From the NCBI GenBank assembly GCA_963829055.1, contig CAWHHI010000006.1, positions 160,001 through 224,000 of the forward strand: DNA of 64,000 nt. Direction: 5' to 3'. The notes beneath the pieces are model-generated. The model was not told the DNA's origin. It made no database searches and was given only the letters and a program-made list of their open reading frames with translations. This document shows positions 1-9,088 of the stretch, piece after piece (position 1 is the stretch's first letter; every line of letters begins with the position of its first letter). Both the position numbers and the translations under genes were made by a program. The stretch is from an uncultured Gemmatimonadaceae bacterium. GTDB lineage: Bacteria > Gemmatimonadota > Gemmatimonadetes > Gemmatimonadales > Gemmatimonadaceae.

Positions 1-58
1 TGCACGCATACTCTCCTCACCCGCCAGCCCTGGCGGCGTCCCGCTCCCGAGGTAGAGA

Positions 59-465
59 ATGACACCGCTCCGCGCCGCCTTCCGATTCTGCCGACTCGCT
101 GTCTGGTCTGCCTCCCCGCGTGCTACACGTGGACGCCGGTCGTGATCGCCCCTGCGCCTGCGCTTGGGAAGAATGCCAGCGTCCGCGTCGAGCGCGCTGG
201 CCAGAAACGAGCCGTCTACTTTACCCGCGCGCGAGTGGTCGGCGACAGCCTCCTCGGCCGCGGGGATGACGCCGCGCGGCTTCCCGCAGCCATGGCGGTT
301 GCCGACGTGCGGCGCGCTGAGCAACGACACTTCAGTGTCAAGCGAACGACGGGCCTGGTCATTGCCGCCGGCGTCGTCGCCGGGATCATCGCCGCGGCAC
401 TGGCCGACAATTCCGGGTACGGCCTCAAGGTGTGTGCGCCCGCGGAACGCTCGGTCATCTGTTAG
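59..465 (+). CDS. Hypothetical lipoprotein, probable frameshift near 5' end
   Basis: GAGG then ATG at 59; lipobox-like LPAC-YTW in the frame of ORF 142..465; C-terminal hydrophobic helix. Confidence 0.45.
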
Positions 466-509
466 AATCACGGCCGGCCAGCTACCAACCGCCGTTTATC
501 TTGCAGGCG

Positions 510-739
510 ATGAGGATTGTCTCTGTGTCCTTCGCTCACTGAGCTCGTGTTCGACCTCGGCCACGGCGACGCGCTCGTTGGCCGGACGAAGTTCTGCGTC
601 CACCCCGCGGACCGCGTCGATCGAGTCGAGAAAGTTGGCGGCACCAAGAACCCCAAGATCGACCGCATCATCACGCTGGCCCCTGACCTCGTCCTGCTGA
701 ACGAGGAAGAGAACCGCCGCGAGGACGCCGAGGCGCTCG
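510..739 (+). pseudogene. Truncated 5' duplicate of the metal/cobalamin-binding protein gene at 3498
   Basis: 518-739 matches 3508-3729 with 3 mismatches; stops abruptly after EDAEAL. Confidence 0.8.
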
Positions 740-880
740 CGATGGGCCCGGTGCTTAACTCGACAGCGCGCACGCCGGGGATCCGTCGCGAGATCGGGAT
801 GTGCCGCGACTCGTAGTAGGCGTCGAACGCGGCCGGTCGGCCGGGGGGTGAAACAGGACGAGCGCCTTAGCCATAGCCAT
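735..880 (-). pseudogene. Truncated EthD-family reductase (5' half only)
   Basis: GGAGAG RBS; with one indel reads MAMAKALVLFHPPAD(P)AAFDAYYESRHIPISRRIPGVRAVELSTGPIAS, an EthD-like N-terminus; runs into the duplicated fragment. Confidence 0.6.
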
Positions 881-1217
881 GGGATCTCTCCAACGTGTGG
901 GGACACCAGTGCGGGCGAATATGGCGGCGCGCCGGTGCGGCCACGCGCCGCCATCCGGAACGCACGAACCAGGAGGAATTCGGCTCACGCCGGAGCCGCG
1001 CAGCGGCCGTGCGCTCGATAGCCCGGCCGCCCTGATTGCCTCGCCATCCAGACGAGGCGAATGGCAACGCCGGATGTTGCCGCGGCGGGCACTGCGCGTC
1101 GGATGGCCGTTAGGTCACCCGACTTACTAGGTTGCACGCGTCAGCCGGGTAGACGGGTGTCGGTACTCGTACTGATCACATCCAGACAGTCCGGAATCGC
1201 CTCCGACTCTATCCCAC

Positions 1218-2621
1218 GTGACGCGCGATCCCCAAGCAACTCGCGATGGCCCGGCCGCGCGGCTTGATAGTCGCGCCGAGAGCGCCCTGCGAACGAATCC
1301 GGAGACGTGGCTCGCGGCCATTGTGGATTCATCCGATGACGCCATTATCGGGAAGACGCTCGATAGCGTGATTCGGAGTTGGAACGGCGGCGCACGCCGC
1401 ATTTTCGGCTACGACGCGGCAGAGATCGTCGGCAAGCCCATCACCCACCTGATCCCGCCAGAGCTCCATCACGAAGAGTCCCAGATCATCGCGCGGCTGC
1501 TCGAGGGGAAGCGCGTCGACCACTACGAGACGGTGCGTGTCCGCAAAGACGGCGCGCGGATCGACGTCTCGCTGAGCGTCTCACCGATCCGCAGCGCAGA
1601 CGGACAGATCATCGGTGCGGCCAAGGTCGTTCGCGACGTCACGGAAGCGAAACGGCTCCAGCGCGCCGAGCGCGAGTTGCTGGAGCAGCTCCAGGAACTC
1701 ACCAGCGAGCTCGAACAACAGATCGAGGAGGCTCAATCGCTCCAGGAAGAGGTCGAACAAGCGAACAATGATCTCGTAGCGTCGCTGGCGGATGCCGATT
1801 CGTCGCGAGAGCACGCGGAGGTCGCACGCCGGGAGGCCAACGACGCGCGCCACTCGGCGGAGGAGGCGAACGCCGCGAAGAGTCAGTTCCTGGCGACGAT
1901 GAGCCACGAGCTTCGGACCCCGCTCAACGCGATCGTGGGGTACGTCGACCTCCTCGACATCGGCGTTCACGGACCGCTCACGCCCGCACAGCGCGACGAC
2001 GTGGCCCGAATTCGGCGCAGCGGGGAGACGCTGCACCGCCTGGTCGAAGACGTGTTGAGCTTCGCCAGACTCGAATCCGGCAGGATCGAGTACCGGTACG
2101 ACGACGTGGTTCTCGATCAGTTTCTTGCGACCCTAGAGGGTTTTATCGCGCCTCGTCTCGCCCAGAAGAACCTCGAATACCACCTCGATTCCCGCCACGC
2201 CGCGGTGACCGTATCCGTGGACCGTGACAAGGTCGAGCAGATCATGCTCAACCTCCTCTCGAACGCCGTGAAGTTCACGGACCGAGGCCGCATTGACGTT
2301 CGCTGCGCGGTCGACGACGGCACCATCAGAATCGACGTCAAGGACACCGGCCGCGGGATTCCGGCGCCGTTGCTGGACTCGATTTTCGAGCCGTTTGTCC
2401 AGGGCGATCGATCGCTCACTCGCACCGCCGAAGGCACAGGCCTTGGCCTCTCCATAAGCCGACAGCTCGCGCGGGGGACGGGCGGCGACATTGTGGTCGA
2501 GAGCGTCCTGGGCGAAGGGTCGACGTTCTCGCTGATGCTCCCACGGAGGCGCGGCGAGAACGTCGGCATGGTGGAGACGAAGTGTGACACGAACGGAGCG
2601 CCTGGCGTACGGGGACGTTAG
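1218..2621 (+). CDS. PAS-domain sensor histidine kinase
   Basis: PAS (SSDDAIIGK..SWNGGA), coiled coil, H-box SHELRTPLN, N-box NLLSNAVKF, DTGRG, GTGLGL. Confidence 0.95.
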   Translation: MTRDPQATRDGPAARLDSRAESALRTNPETWLAAIVDSSDDAIIGKTLDSVIRSWNGGARRIFGYDAAEIVGKPITHLIPPELHHEESQIIARLLEGKRVDHYETVRVRKDGARIDVSLSVSPIRSADGQIIGAAKVVRDVTEAKRLQRAERELLEQLQELTSELEQQIEEAQSLQEEVEQANNDLVASLADADSSREHAEVARREANDARHSAEEANAAKSQFLATMSHELRTPLNAIVGYVDLLDIGVHGPLTPAQRDDVARIRRSGETLHRLVEDVLSFARLESGRIEYRYDDVVLDQFLATLEGFIAPRLAQKNLEYHLDSRHAAVTVSVDRDKVEQIMLNLLSNAVKFTDRGRIDVRCAVDDGTIRIDVKDTGRGIPAPLLDSIFEPFVQGDRSLTRTAEGTGLGLSISRQLARGTGGDIVVESVLGEGSTFSLMLPRRRGENVGMVETKCDTNGAPGVRGR

Positions 2622-2641
2622 GCGGGTTTGCGCCCGGCGCT

Positions 2642-3325
2642 TTAGCCCAGCGATAGCGTGCACAGGTGAGCGATCGCATGGGCAATGACCGCGTACTCGA
2701 ACCCGTACCTCGAGTACAGCCAGCCAAACAGCACGCCGGCGCCCCCATTCGCCAGGACGCTCGCAACCTGGACCGCCGGCGCGAGAGTCGACCCCGTCAG
2801 ATGGAACGCCGCCAGCAGGATCCCTGACGCCAGGACTCCGACCCACACTCGGCGGCGCGCGAGCCACACGACGGCGCTCATGAAGAACAGGTGCAGCACG
2901 ACCTCGAGCGTTATCGCCGCGAACGGTGTCGTTAGGATCCGGACGAGTAGCCCACCGGGCAACCGAGGGGCTCCTGTGAGACGAAGCGCTGCGACACCGG
3001 CAAGGCCAAACACGAGCCCCGCTGCTGCTGCGACCGCGAGCCCACCTGTCGAAAACCGGGCGGCCTCACGCACCTCGAACGCTCGCAGCAGCGGCATTGG
3101 CAGGTTGACGATGTCCGCGATTCGCAGGCCCATCCACGCTGCGAGCCCGGACGCGACCGTCGCGCCGACGACGAACGGCCACAGCGCGGACGTCGCGCGA
3201 CCGTCGGCGGCGCTCAGGAATGGGAGGTAGAGAACCGCGCCAAGCAGACTCGCGGCAGTGAGCGCCAGAAGTCGTCGCCGTACTGGCGGAGTGGCTGCCG
3301 CGGGGCCCGTCGTCGGCGTTGTCAT
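2642..3325 (-). CDS. CPBP/Abi (CAAX-type) intramembrane protease family protein
   Basis: Multi-TM; LEVVLH, AAFH, HAIAH motifs. Confidence 0.65.
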   Translation of the reverse strand: MTTPTTGPAAATPPVRRRLLALTAASLLGAVLYLPFLSAADGRATSALWPFVVGATVASGLAAWMGLRIADIVNLPMPLLRAFEVREAARFSTGGLAVAAAAGLVFGLAGVAALRLTGAPRLPGGLLVRILTTPFAAITLEVVLHLFFMSAVVWLARRRVWVGVLASGILLAAFHLTGSTLAPAVQVASVLANGGAGVLFGWLYSRYGFEYAVIAHAIAHLCTLSLG

Positions 3326-3497
3326 GGGTCGCTTACTTCATAGCGCAGCGGATCGCCGCTCGCCACCGCGTGGGGATCAGACGCGCATCGGCACTGCCGA
3401 AGGGGAGGCATCACACACTGAGGCCGGTGCACGAAGCGACACCCAGCGACCAGCACGACCACGCAGCACCCAGCCGCCGTAGACTATTTTCGACGAT

Positions 3498-4281
3498 ATG
3501 CGAATCGTGTCTCTGTGTCCTTCGCTCACTGAGCTCGTGTTCGACCTCGGCCACGGCGACGCGCTCGTTGGCCGGACGAAGTTCTGCGTCCACCCCGCGG
3601 ACCGCGTCGATCGAGTCGAGAAGGTCGGCGGCACCAAGAACCCCAAGATCGACCGCATCATCGCGCTGGCCCCTGACCTCGTCCTGCTGAACGAGGAAGA
3701 GAACCGCCGCGAGGACGCCGAGGCGCTCGAGGCAGCGGGGATCCGCTGTCACGTCAGCTTCCCGCGGACCGCGCTCGAGACTGCGGGCATGGTCCGCTCG
3801 ATCGCCGCGGCCATCGACGCGCGCGACGACGGAGAACGCATCGCCCGCGACATCGAGTCGCGTCACCAGCGGGTCGTCGACGCTGCGGTCGGACGCGAGG
3901 CTGCGCGTTTCGCGTACCTCATCTGGCGCGAGCCGTGGATGGCGGTCAACGGGGACACGTTTGTCAGCGCGTTGCTGACGGACGCCGGCGGGCACAACGT
4001 CTTCGCGTCGCACACCGACCGCTATCCGACGATCACGCCCGGAGAGCTCGCCGCCGCCGACCCGAACGTCGTGCTGCTGTCCACCGAGCCGTTCCCGTTC
4101 AAGTCGTCACACGCGGACGAGCTGGCGGAGTTGTCCGGGCTGCCGCGTGAGCGGTTCCAGATCGTGGATGGCGGAGATGCTCTCCTGGCACGGCTCGCGG
4201 ACGCCGGCTGGGATCGACTACGCCGAGCAGGTCATTGTTGGCAGTCATTCCGAGCGGAGCGCACGCGAAGCGCGCGCGTAG
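3498..4281 (+). CDS. Helical-backbone metal receptor / BtuF-like binding protein (frameshift ~4173)
   Basis: MRIVSLCPSLTE, VGGTKNP, EEN; corrected C-terminus VDGEMLSWHGSR...; stop TAG at 4279-4281 lies inside a repeat. Confidence 0.85.
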
Positions 4282-4374
4282 TCGAGGAATCGAGACGCTG
4301 GTCGGTAGAGGGCTCTCTACCGTTACGATCACGATTCCTCGACTGCGGGCCTTCGGCCCTCCGCTCGGAATGAC
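4244..4374. repeat. REP-like palindrome, subfamily A1
   Basis: GTCATTCCGAGCGGAG...GTCGAGGAATC / GATTCCTCGAC...CTCCGCTCGGAATGAC. Confidence 0.9.
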
Positions 4375-4380
4375 AAGGGC

Positions 4381-5169
4381 TCACGTCGGCACAATGCGGC
4401 GCACCTGGACCGTCCCGCCATGCTTGAGATGCGGACACTCGCGCGCGATGCGGAACGCCTCCGCCGAGTCGGCGGCCTGGATGAGGAAGAAACCGCCAAG
4501 CTCGTCCGACGACCCATGTGGAAGTTCCGTCGCGCCAGCCGCCGAGAGCATCGTGACCGGGTCGTCCGCCAGCTTCTCCGCGTTCACGAGCGCGCCGCTC
4601 TCACGAAGCCGCATTGCCCACGCGCTGTACTCCGCGACGATCGCCGCTTCGGCAATCGAGTCCGCGGCCGATTGCTGCGCACTGGACGGCGGTCGCTGCG
4701 CCGGACCGTGGAGCAGAAGCAGGTAGCGCGTCTTCGGTGACGCCGAAGCGGCCATCGCTTTCCCAGCGTCGTTGATCGGGCCAGCGACCGGACCGTTCAC
4801 GGCGCTGTCGGCGATAGCCGGCATTCGAGCCGAGCGTTGCCCGACCAGCACGCCAATCACCAGTGACGCGGCGATGGCCAACGCTCCCATCGCGATCCGT
4901 GGAGCTCGAGAGCCGCGTCCTGGTGTGGTGCGACCCCCATCCGTACCGCGCGCACGCGCGTCGATCAGCCGTTCGACACGGGCACCCGCGCCACTCGCCG
5001 CTGGAACGCGCAGCGCACCGAGCTCCGCCCACATCTCGCGCAGCCGCTCGGTCTCGGCCCTGCACGCTGAGCAACCCGCGAGGTGCTGATCGACCGCCGC
5101 CGCTCGATCAGCGTCGAGCGTCCCGGTCAGCCGTTCGATGAACTCCTCTCGCACGCGCTCGCATTCCAT
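4381..5169 (-). CDS. Zinc-finger (HxxxCxxC) anti-sigma factor fused to a C-terminal YciI/DGPF-like domain
   Basis: N-terminal HLAGCSAC, one TM helix, C-terminal RYLLLL..ELGGFFLIQAADSAEAFRIARECP..GGTVQVRRI. Confidence 0.8.
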   Translation of the reverse strand: MECERVREEFIERLTGTLDADRAAAVDQHLAGCSACRAETERLREMWAELGALRVPAASGAGARVERLIDARARGTDGGRTTPGRGSRAPRIAMGALAIAASLVIGVLVGQRSARMPAIADSAVNGPVAGPINDAGKAMAASASPKTRYLLLLHGPAQRPPSSAQQSAADSIAEAAIVAEYSAWAMRLRESGALVNAEKLADDPVTMLSAAGATELPHGSSDELGGFFLIQAADSAEAFRIARECPHLKHGGTVQVRRIVPT

Positions 5170-5244
5170 CGCTGCCTCTCAGTCGTCACGGGTCGTCGCA
5201 GGTCGTCGGACGCGTGCTTGTCTGGTGACACACCGTCCGGCTAC

Positions 5245-5273
5245 TTAGATCGGGCCCGGACCAGTTCTGTTAC
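5245..5273 (-). promoter_or_regulatory. Putative ECF promoter toward the anti-sigma gene
   Basis: GTAACA-N15-CGATCTAA on the minus strand, same boxes as the plus-strand copy. Confidence 0.75.
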
Positions 5274-5303
5274 GGCGACGGCGACGTCGGGGCGCGACGT
5301 CGT

Positions 5304-5332
5304 GTAACATCGCACGCCCGGGCTCGATCTAA
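5304..5332 (+). promoter_or_regulatory. Putative ECF promoter toward the sigma gene
   Basis: GTAACA-N15-CGATCTAA; AAC-containing -35 is typical of ECF promoters. Confidence 0.75.
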
Positions 5333-5364
5333 CGGCGAGGGATCTTGCCCGGAGGCGAGCGCGG

Positions 5365-5925
5365 GTGGCCGAACCGTCGGACGAAGAACTGATGCTCGCG
5401 CTCCAGCGCGGCGAGCTCGCGGCGTTCGACGCGCTGTTCCGTCGTCACTATGAGACGGTCCGCGCGTTATGCGCGCGCGTCTCATCTGACGCGACCACCG
5501 GAGACGACCTCGCGCAGGAGACGTTCCTCCGCGTGCTGCGGCACCGCGCGACGTTCCGCGGCGACGCGCGCTTCACGACGTGGGTCTACCGCATCGCGCG
5601 GAACGTGTGCCTCGAGCAGATGGCGCGTCACTCGCGCGACGTTCGCCTTGCGGAGCGGTGGAGTGTGGAGTCGGTGCCGGCGTCCGAGCCGGAGCAGAGT
5701 GATGATACCGAGCAACTCGCCGCCGCGATGTACGCACTCACCGCGGAGCAACGTGAGGTGCTGGTGCTCTGCCGGTATCACGACCTCCCTTTCTCGGAGA
5801 TCGGTGCGATCCTCGGCTGCACGGCCGGCGCGGCCCGTGTGCGCGCGCACCGTGCGCTCGCGGCCTTACGCGACGCGTATCTCAGCCTCAATGGCGGCGA
5901 GCGCATGCGTCGAGGCGGAGGCTGA
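5365..5925 (+). CDS. ECF sigma-70 family RNA polymerase sigma factor
   Basis: Region 2 DLAQETFLRV..FTTWVYRIARN; region 4 LTAEQREVLVL..FSEIGAILG..RVRAHRA; GGAGG RBS. Confidence 0.93.
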   Translation: MAEPSDEELMLALQRGELAAFDALFRRHYETVRALCARVSSDATTGDDLAQETFLRVLRHRATFRGDARFTTWVYRIARNVCLEQMARHSRDVRLAERWSVESVPASEPEQSDDTEQLAAAMYALTAEQREVLVLCRYHDLPFSEIGAILGCTAGAARVRAHRALAALRDAYLSLNGGERMRRGGG

Positions 5926-5940
5926 TAGACTCGAGAGAAA

Positions 5941-6287
5941 GCAATTCACCGGGGAGGACGCAGATCGCTTCGGCAAGCATCCAGAACAGAGAGTGTGAAC
6001 GGAAACGGCCGGAAACATCGGATCGGGCGGATCGGCCTGACGCCGGGAGGGTCGGTGCCGCAACGAGCCGTGATGGAAAGGGGAACGGCCGCGGGGACGC
6101 AGTGGTCTCACGAGGCCGTTCCCCTCCTTCAACGGCCCGTTCCACGATCCGTCCGGGTCGCGATGGATCCGGCCGTTTCAGTCGTTTCCGTCCAATCAGT
6201 TCTCACTCTGGCTTCTGGATGTCGTGTCGAAGCAGTCCGTCTGGATGGTTGCCCGAGCAGCCCTCTGCGTCCTCGGCGGTGAATTGC
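5941..6287. repeat. Long hairpin repeat, family B copy 1
   Basis: Terminal IR GCAATTCACCG/CGGTGAATTGC; 5993-6033 identical to 32369-32409. Confidence 0.85.
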
Positions 6288-6344
6288 AGTTCACCAGCGA
6301 GCAGCCGCCGACACACGTTAGGCACGCAAAAGCCGGAAGGCAGA

Positions 6345-6935
6345 TCAGAACCGAAACGCCAGCGACGGCATGAACATGCCATGCAGCGTGCCGAACGCGT
6401 TCGGCAGGTAGTGGTACTTCGCCTCGAGCGAGAGTCCCGCGTGCCCCGCCGGCGCGAGATCGATGCCGAGCCCACCCAACGCGCCTAACGTTGTCCCGAA
6501 GTTCGTCGACTCCGGTCCCCGCGCGTGGTACACGCCACCGCCGGCCAGGCCGAACAACCGCGGTGCCGCGGCGAGCGGACGGAACTCCGCCGACAGTGTG
6601 CCAGAGTACACCTGATCGGGATGGATCGCGAATCCGCGACACACGCTGCCCGCGACGCACGATGGCTCGGCCACCGCTCCCGATAACATCCCCGCGCTGA
6701 CATCGCCGCGGAACGCCAGTCGCGCCGACCAATGCCACAGGCCGCTGAGCTGCGCGTGAAGCCCGAAGTCGCCGGGCACAGCCACCACGTATCCGGTCGG
6801 GACAGTGGTACCGAGCGCGACGCCAAATCCGAGGCGACTCGGTCGCCCACCATTCGCCTGAGCGGCAACTACGGAACCCGAGGCGTACATAGCGGTTGCA
6901 GCGAGCAGTGCGAGTCTGACGGAGGCAATCGGCAT
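6345..6935 (-). CDS. Outer-membrane beta-barrel (OmpA/OmpW-like) protein
   Basis: Signal peptide, alternating beta strands, LEAKYHY, terminal FRF. Confidence 0.7.
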   Translation of the reverse strand: MPIASVRLALLAATAMYASGSVVAAQANGGRPSRLGFGVALGTTVPTGYVVAVPGDFGLHAQLSGLWHWSARLAFRGDVSAGMLSGAVAEPSCVAGSVCRGFAIHPDQVYSGTLSAEFRPLAAAPRLFGLAGGGVYHARGPESTNFGTTLGALGGLGIDLAPAGHAGLSLEAKYHYLPNAFGTLHGMFMPSLAFRF

Positions 6936-7141
6936 TCGGTCCTCGCGGCGTTGGCGCTCATGACGATGCGACAAGCGATCCCAATGCACTACCCACGCAC
7001 ACGCTGGGCGGTCACAGATCAGGGGCGAACCGCGGGCGGCCCGCTTCTGGCAGGTGCGCCCCGAACGTGAGTCGCGCCAACGGAGCTGAGCCAAGAGCGA
7101 ACCGGCTCGAAGCCACCACGAGGGAAGGGGAGGGTGCCGCC

Positions 7142-7567
7142 GTGGAAGACTGGACCGAAGACGACTGGATGGAATGGGTCGAGCAGACCTACGAGGCGCT
7201 CGATGCGAAGGACGTCGACGCGTTCGTTGCCCAGCTCACGCCTGGTGCGACGGTGCGCGTCGGCAACGGTGATCCCGTCGCCGGCCGCGTGGCCATTCGC
7301 GATGCGTATGGCCAGTTCTTCGGCGCGATCGGCAGCGTGAGCCACGCGTTCACGTCGCAGCTCCGTGTCGACGACACGCTCGTCATCGAGGAGATCGTCA
7401 CCTTCACGCGACGCGACGGCACCGCCGTCGTGCTGCCGGCGGCGACGATCTGCGAGCTGACCGAGGGCAAGGCCGATCGCATGCAGACCTACATCGACAT
7501 GTCGACGCTCTTCCCGCGCGACGACGTCCCCTCGTTATGCAGGGCAGGCGAGGGCGTCATCGCGTAA
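7142..7567 (+). CDS. SnoaL-like / NTF2 family protein
   Basis: YEALDAKDVDAF..GN..VAGR.AIR; GGAGG RBS before GTG at 7142. Confidence 0.8.
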   Translation: MEDWTEDDWMEWVEQTYEALDAKDVDAFVAQLTPGATVRVGNGDPVAGRVAIRDAYGQFFGAIGSVSHAFTSQLRVDDTLVIEEIVTFTRRDGTAVVLPAATICELTEGKADRMQTYIDMSTLFPRDDVPSLCRAGEGVIA

Positions 7568-7616
7568 TCGAATAGGCGCGGATCGCGGGTGACCCGTTTC
7601 CTCGCTTACTTACGGG

Positions 7617-8735
7617 ATGCCCGCGATCGCGCTCGCCACGTACGCCGCACTCCCCAACCTCGCCGCCGACGAGCATCCGCTCATCGCGCGCCTGGCCGAG
7701 CGAGACATCCGCGCCGTTCCCGCGGTGTGGGATGACCCCGCGGTCGCCTGGCAACAGTTCGCCGGCGTCATCGTTCGCTCCTGCTGGGATTATCATCTGC
7801 GTCCCGCGGAGTTCTTTCAATGGATCGACCGCGTGACGAGCCTCGGCGTTCCGATCTGGAATTCGCCGGCTACGCTCCGCTGGAATTCGCGCAAGACGTA
7901 CCTGCATGACCTAACGATCGGCGGCGTCCGCACCGTGCCGACGCTCTGGTTGCTCGGCGACAATCCTCGCCGAGCGACGGTGTCGCTGGCGGATGTGATC
8001 GAGGACACGGGGTGGGAGCACGTAGTCGTAAAGCCGGTCGTCTCGTCCTCGGCGCATGAGACGTGGGAGGTGTGGCGCGACGACGCTCGCGAGAACGCCG
8101 CGATGCACGACGCTCGGCTCCGCACGCTCATCGCACGACATGGCGTCATGGTGCAGCCGTTCGTCCCGGAGATCGCGTCGGACGGCGAGTTGTCGCTGCT
8201 GTTCTTCGGCGGCACGTTCAGCCATGCGGTGATCAAGCGCGTGCCGACAGGGACAGGTGAGTTCCGCGTGCAGCGAGAGTACGGCGGAACGCACGAGAGC
8301 GTGACGCCGCCGCCGGCGATCCTTCGTCAGGCGGAGCACGCGCTCCGCTCGGCGCCCGGTGAGTCGCTCTACGCCCGGGTGGATGGCGTCCTCCTCGACC
8401 GAAACCTGGTGGTGACGGAGGTCGAGCTTCTCGAACCGTCGCTATTTCTCGACGTCGTTCCGGAAGCCCCCGAGCGCTTCGCCGCCGCGATCGCGGCCGT
8501 CATTCCGAGCGCGTTGTCATTCCGAGCGGAGCCGCGAAGCGGCGCAGTCGAGGAATCCTCGGCGTCCGGTAGAGAGCCCTCTACCCCACAGGCCGACGAT
8601 TCCTCGACTCCGCGCGCCTTCGGCGCCTCCGCTCGGAATGACAGCCGTTCAAACCTTCGCGCGGCCCTCGGATGTCCCATCGATGCGCTTCCATCAGAAT
8701 CTGATGGGAGACCGCTCGGTCCCATCAAAACCTGA
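7617..8735 (+). CDS. ATP-grasp (RimK/GshB-like) protein with a repeat-derived C-terminal extension
   Basis: RSCWDY, WNSRKTYL, VVKP, VQPF, YARVD, EVELLEPSLF; tail after ~8499 is translated repeat. Confidence 0.85.
   Translation: MPAIALATYAALPNLAADEHPLIARLAERDIRAVPAVWDDPAVAWQQFAGVIVRSCWDYHLRPAEFFQWIDRVTSLGVPIWNSPATLRWNSRKTYLHDLTIGGVRTVPTLWLLGDNPRRATVSLADVIEDTGWEHVVVKPVVSSSAHETWEVWRDDARENAAMHDARLRTLIARHGVMVQPFVPEIASDGELSLLFFGGTFSHAVIKRVPTGTGEFRVQREYGGTHESVTPPPAILRQAEHALRSAPGESLYARVDGVLLDRNLVVTEVELLEPSLFLDVVPEAPERFAAAIAAVIPSALSFRAEPRSGAVEESSASGREPSTPQADDSSTPRAFGASARNDSRSNLRAALGCPIDALPSESDGRPLGPIKT
8499..8642. repeat. REP-like palindrome A1 with duplicated left end
   Basis: GTCATTCCGAGCG at 8499 and 8516; right end CGCTCGGAATGAC. 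Confidence 0.9.
8691..8707. promoter_or_regulatory. Putative PadR operator
   Basis: Perfect palindrome CCATCAGA-A-TCTGATGG ~40 bp upstream of padR; related sites at 8675 and 8720. Confidence 0.55.
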
Positions 8736-8745
8736 GGGCACTCGC

Positions 8746-9075
8746 GTGAACACAGATCTCGATCTCCTCCGCGGCACGCTCGATGTGCTGGTGCTCAAGT
8801 CGCTCATCTTCGGGGCGCGACACGGCTACGACGTCGCCGCGTGGATCTTCGAGACCTCGCGCGAGACCCTGCGTGTGGACGAGGGCGCTCTGTACACCTC
8901 GCTCCACCGCATGGAGAACCGCGGCTGGCTCGAGTCGGAGTGGGGCATGTCCGACAACAACCGGCGCGCGAAGTTCTACCAGCTCACCGCGAAAGGACGG
9001 GCACAGCTCAAGCGCAGCACCGCGGACTGGACGCGCTACGCCGAAGCCGTGTTCCTCGTCCTTCGCGCCGCCTGA
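8746..9075 (+). CDS. PadR-family regulator (Acidobacterial subtype)
   Basis: DLLRGTLDVLVLK, HGY, EGALY, NRRAKFYQLT. Confidence 0.93.
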   Translation: MNTDLDLLRGTLDVLVLKSLIFGARHGYDVAAWIFETSRETLRVDEGALYTSLHRMENRGWLESEWGMSDNNRRAKFYQLTAKGRAQLKRSTADWTRYAEAVFLVLRAA

Positions 9076-9088
9076 CGAGGACACGCTC

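Noticed and set aside
3330..3497. Cobalamin riboswitch upstream of the BtuF-like gene
   Set aside because: No B12-box or GGGAA/GCCACTG signatures recognisable
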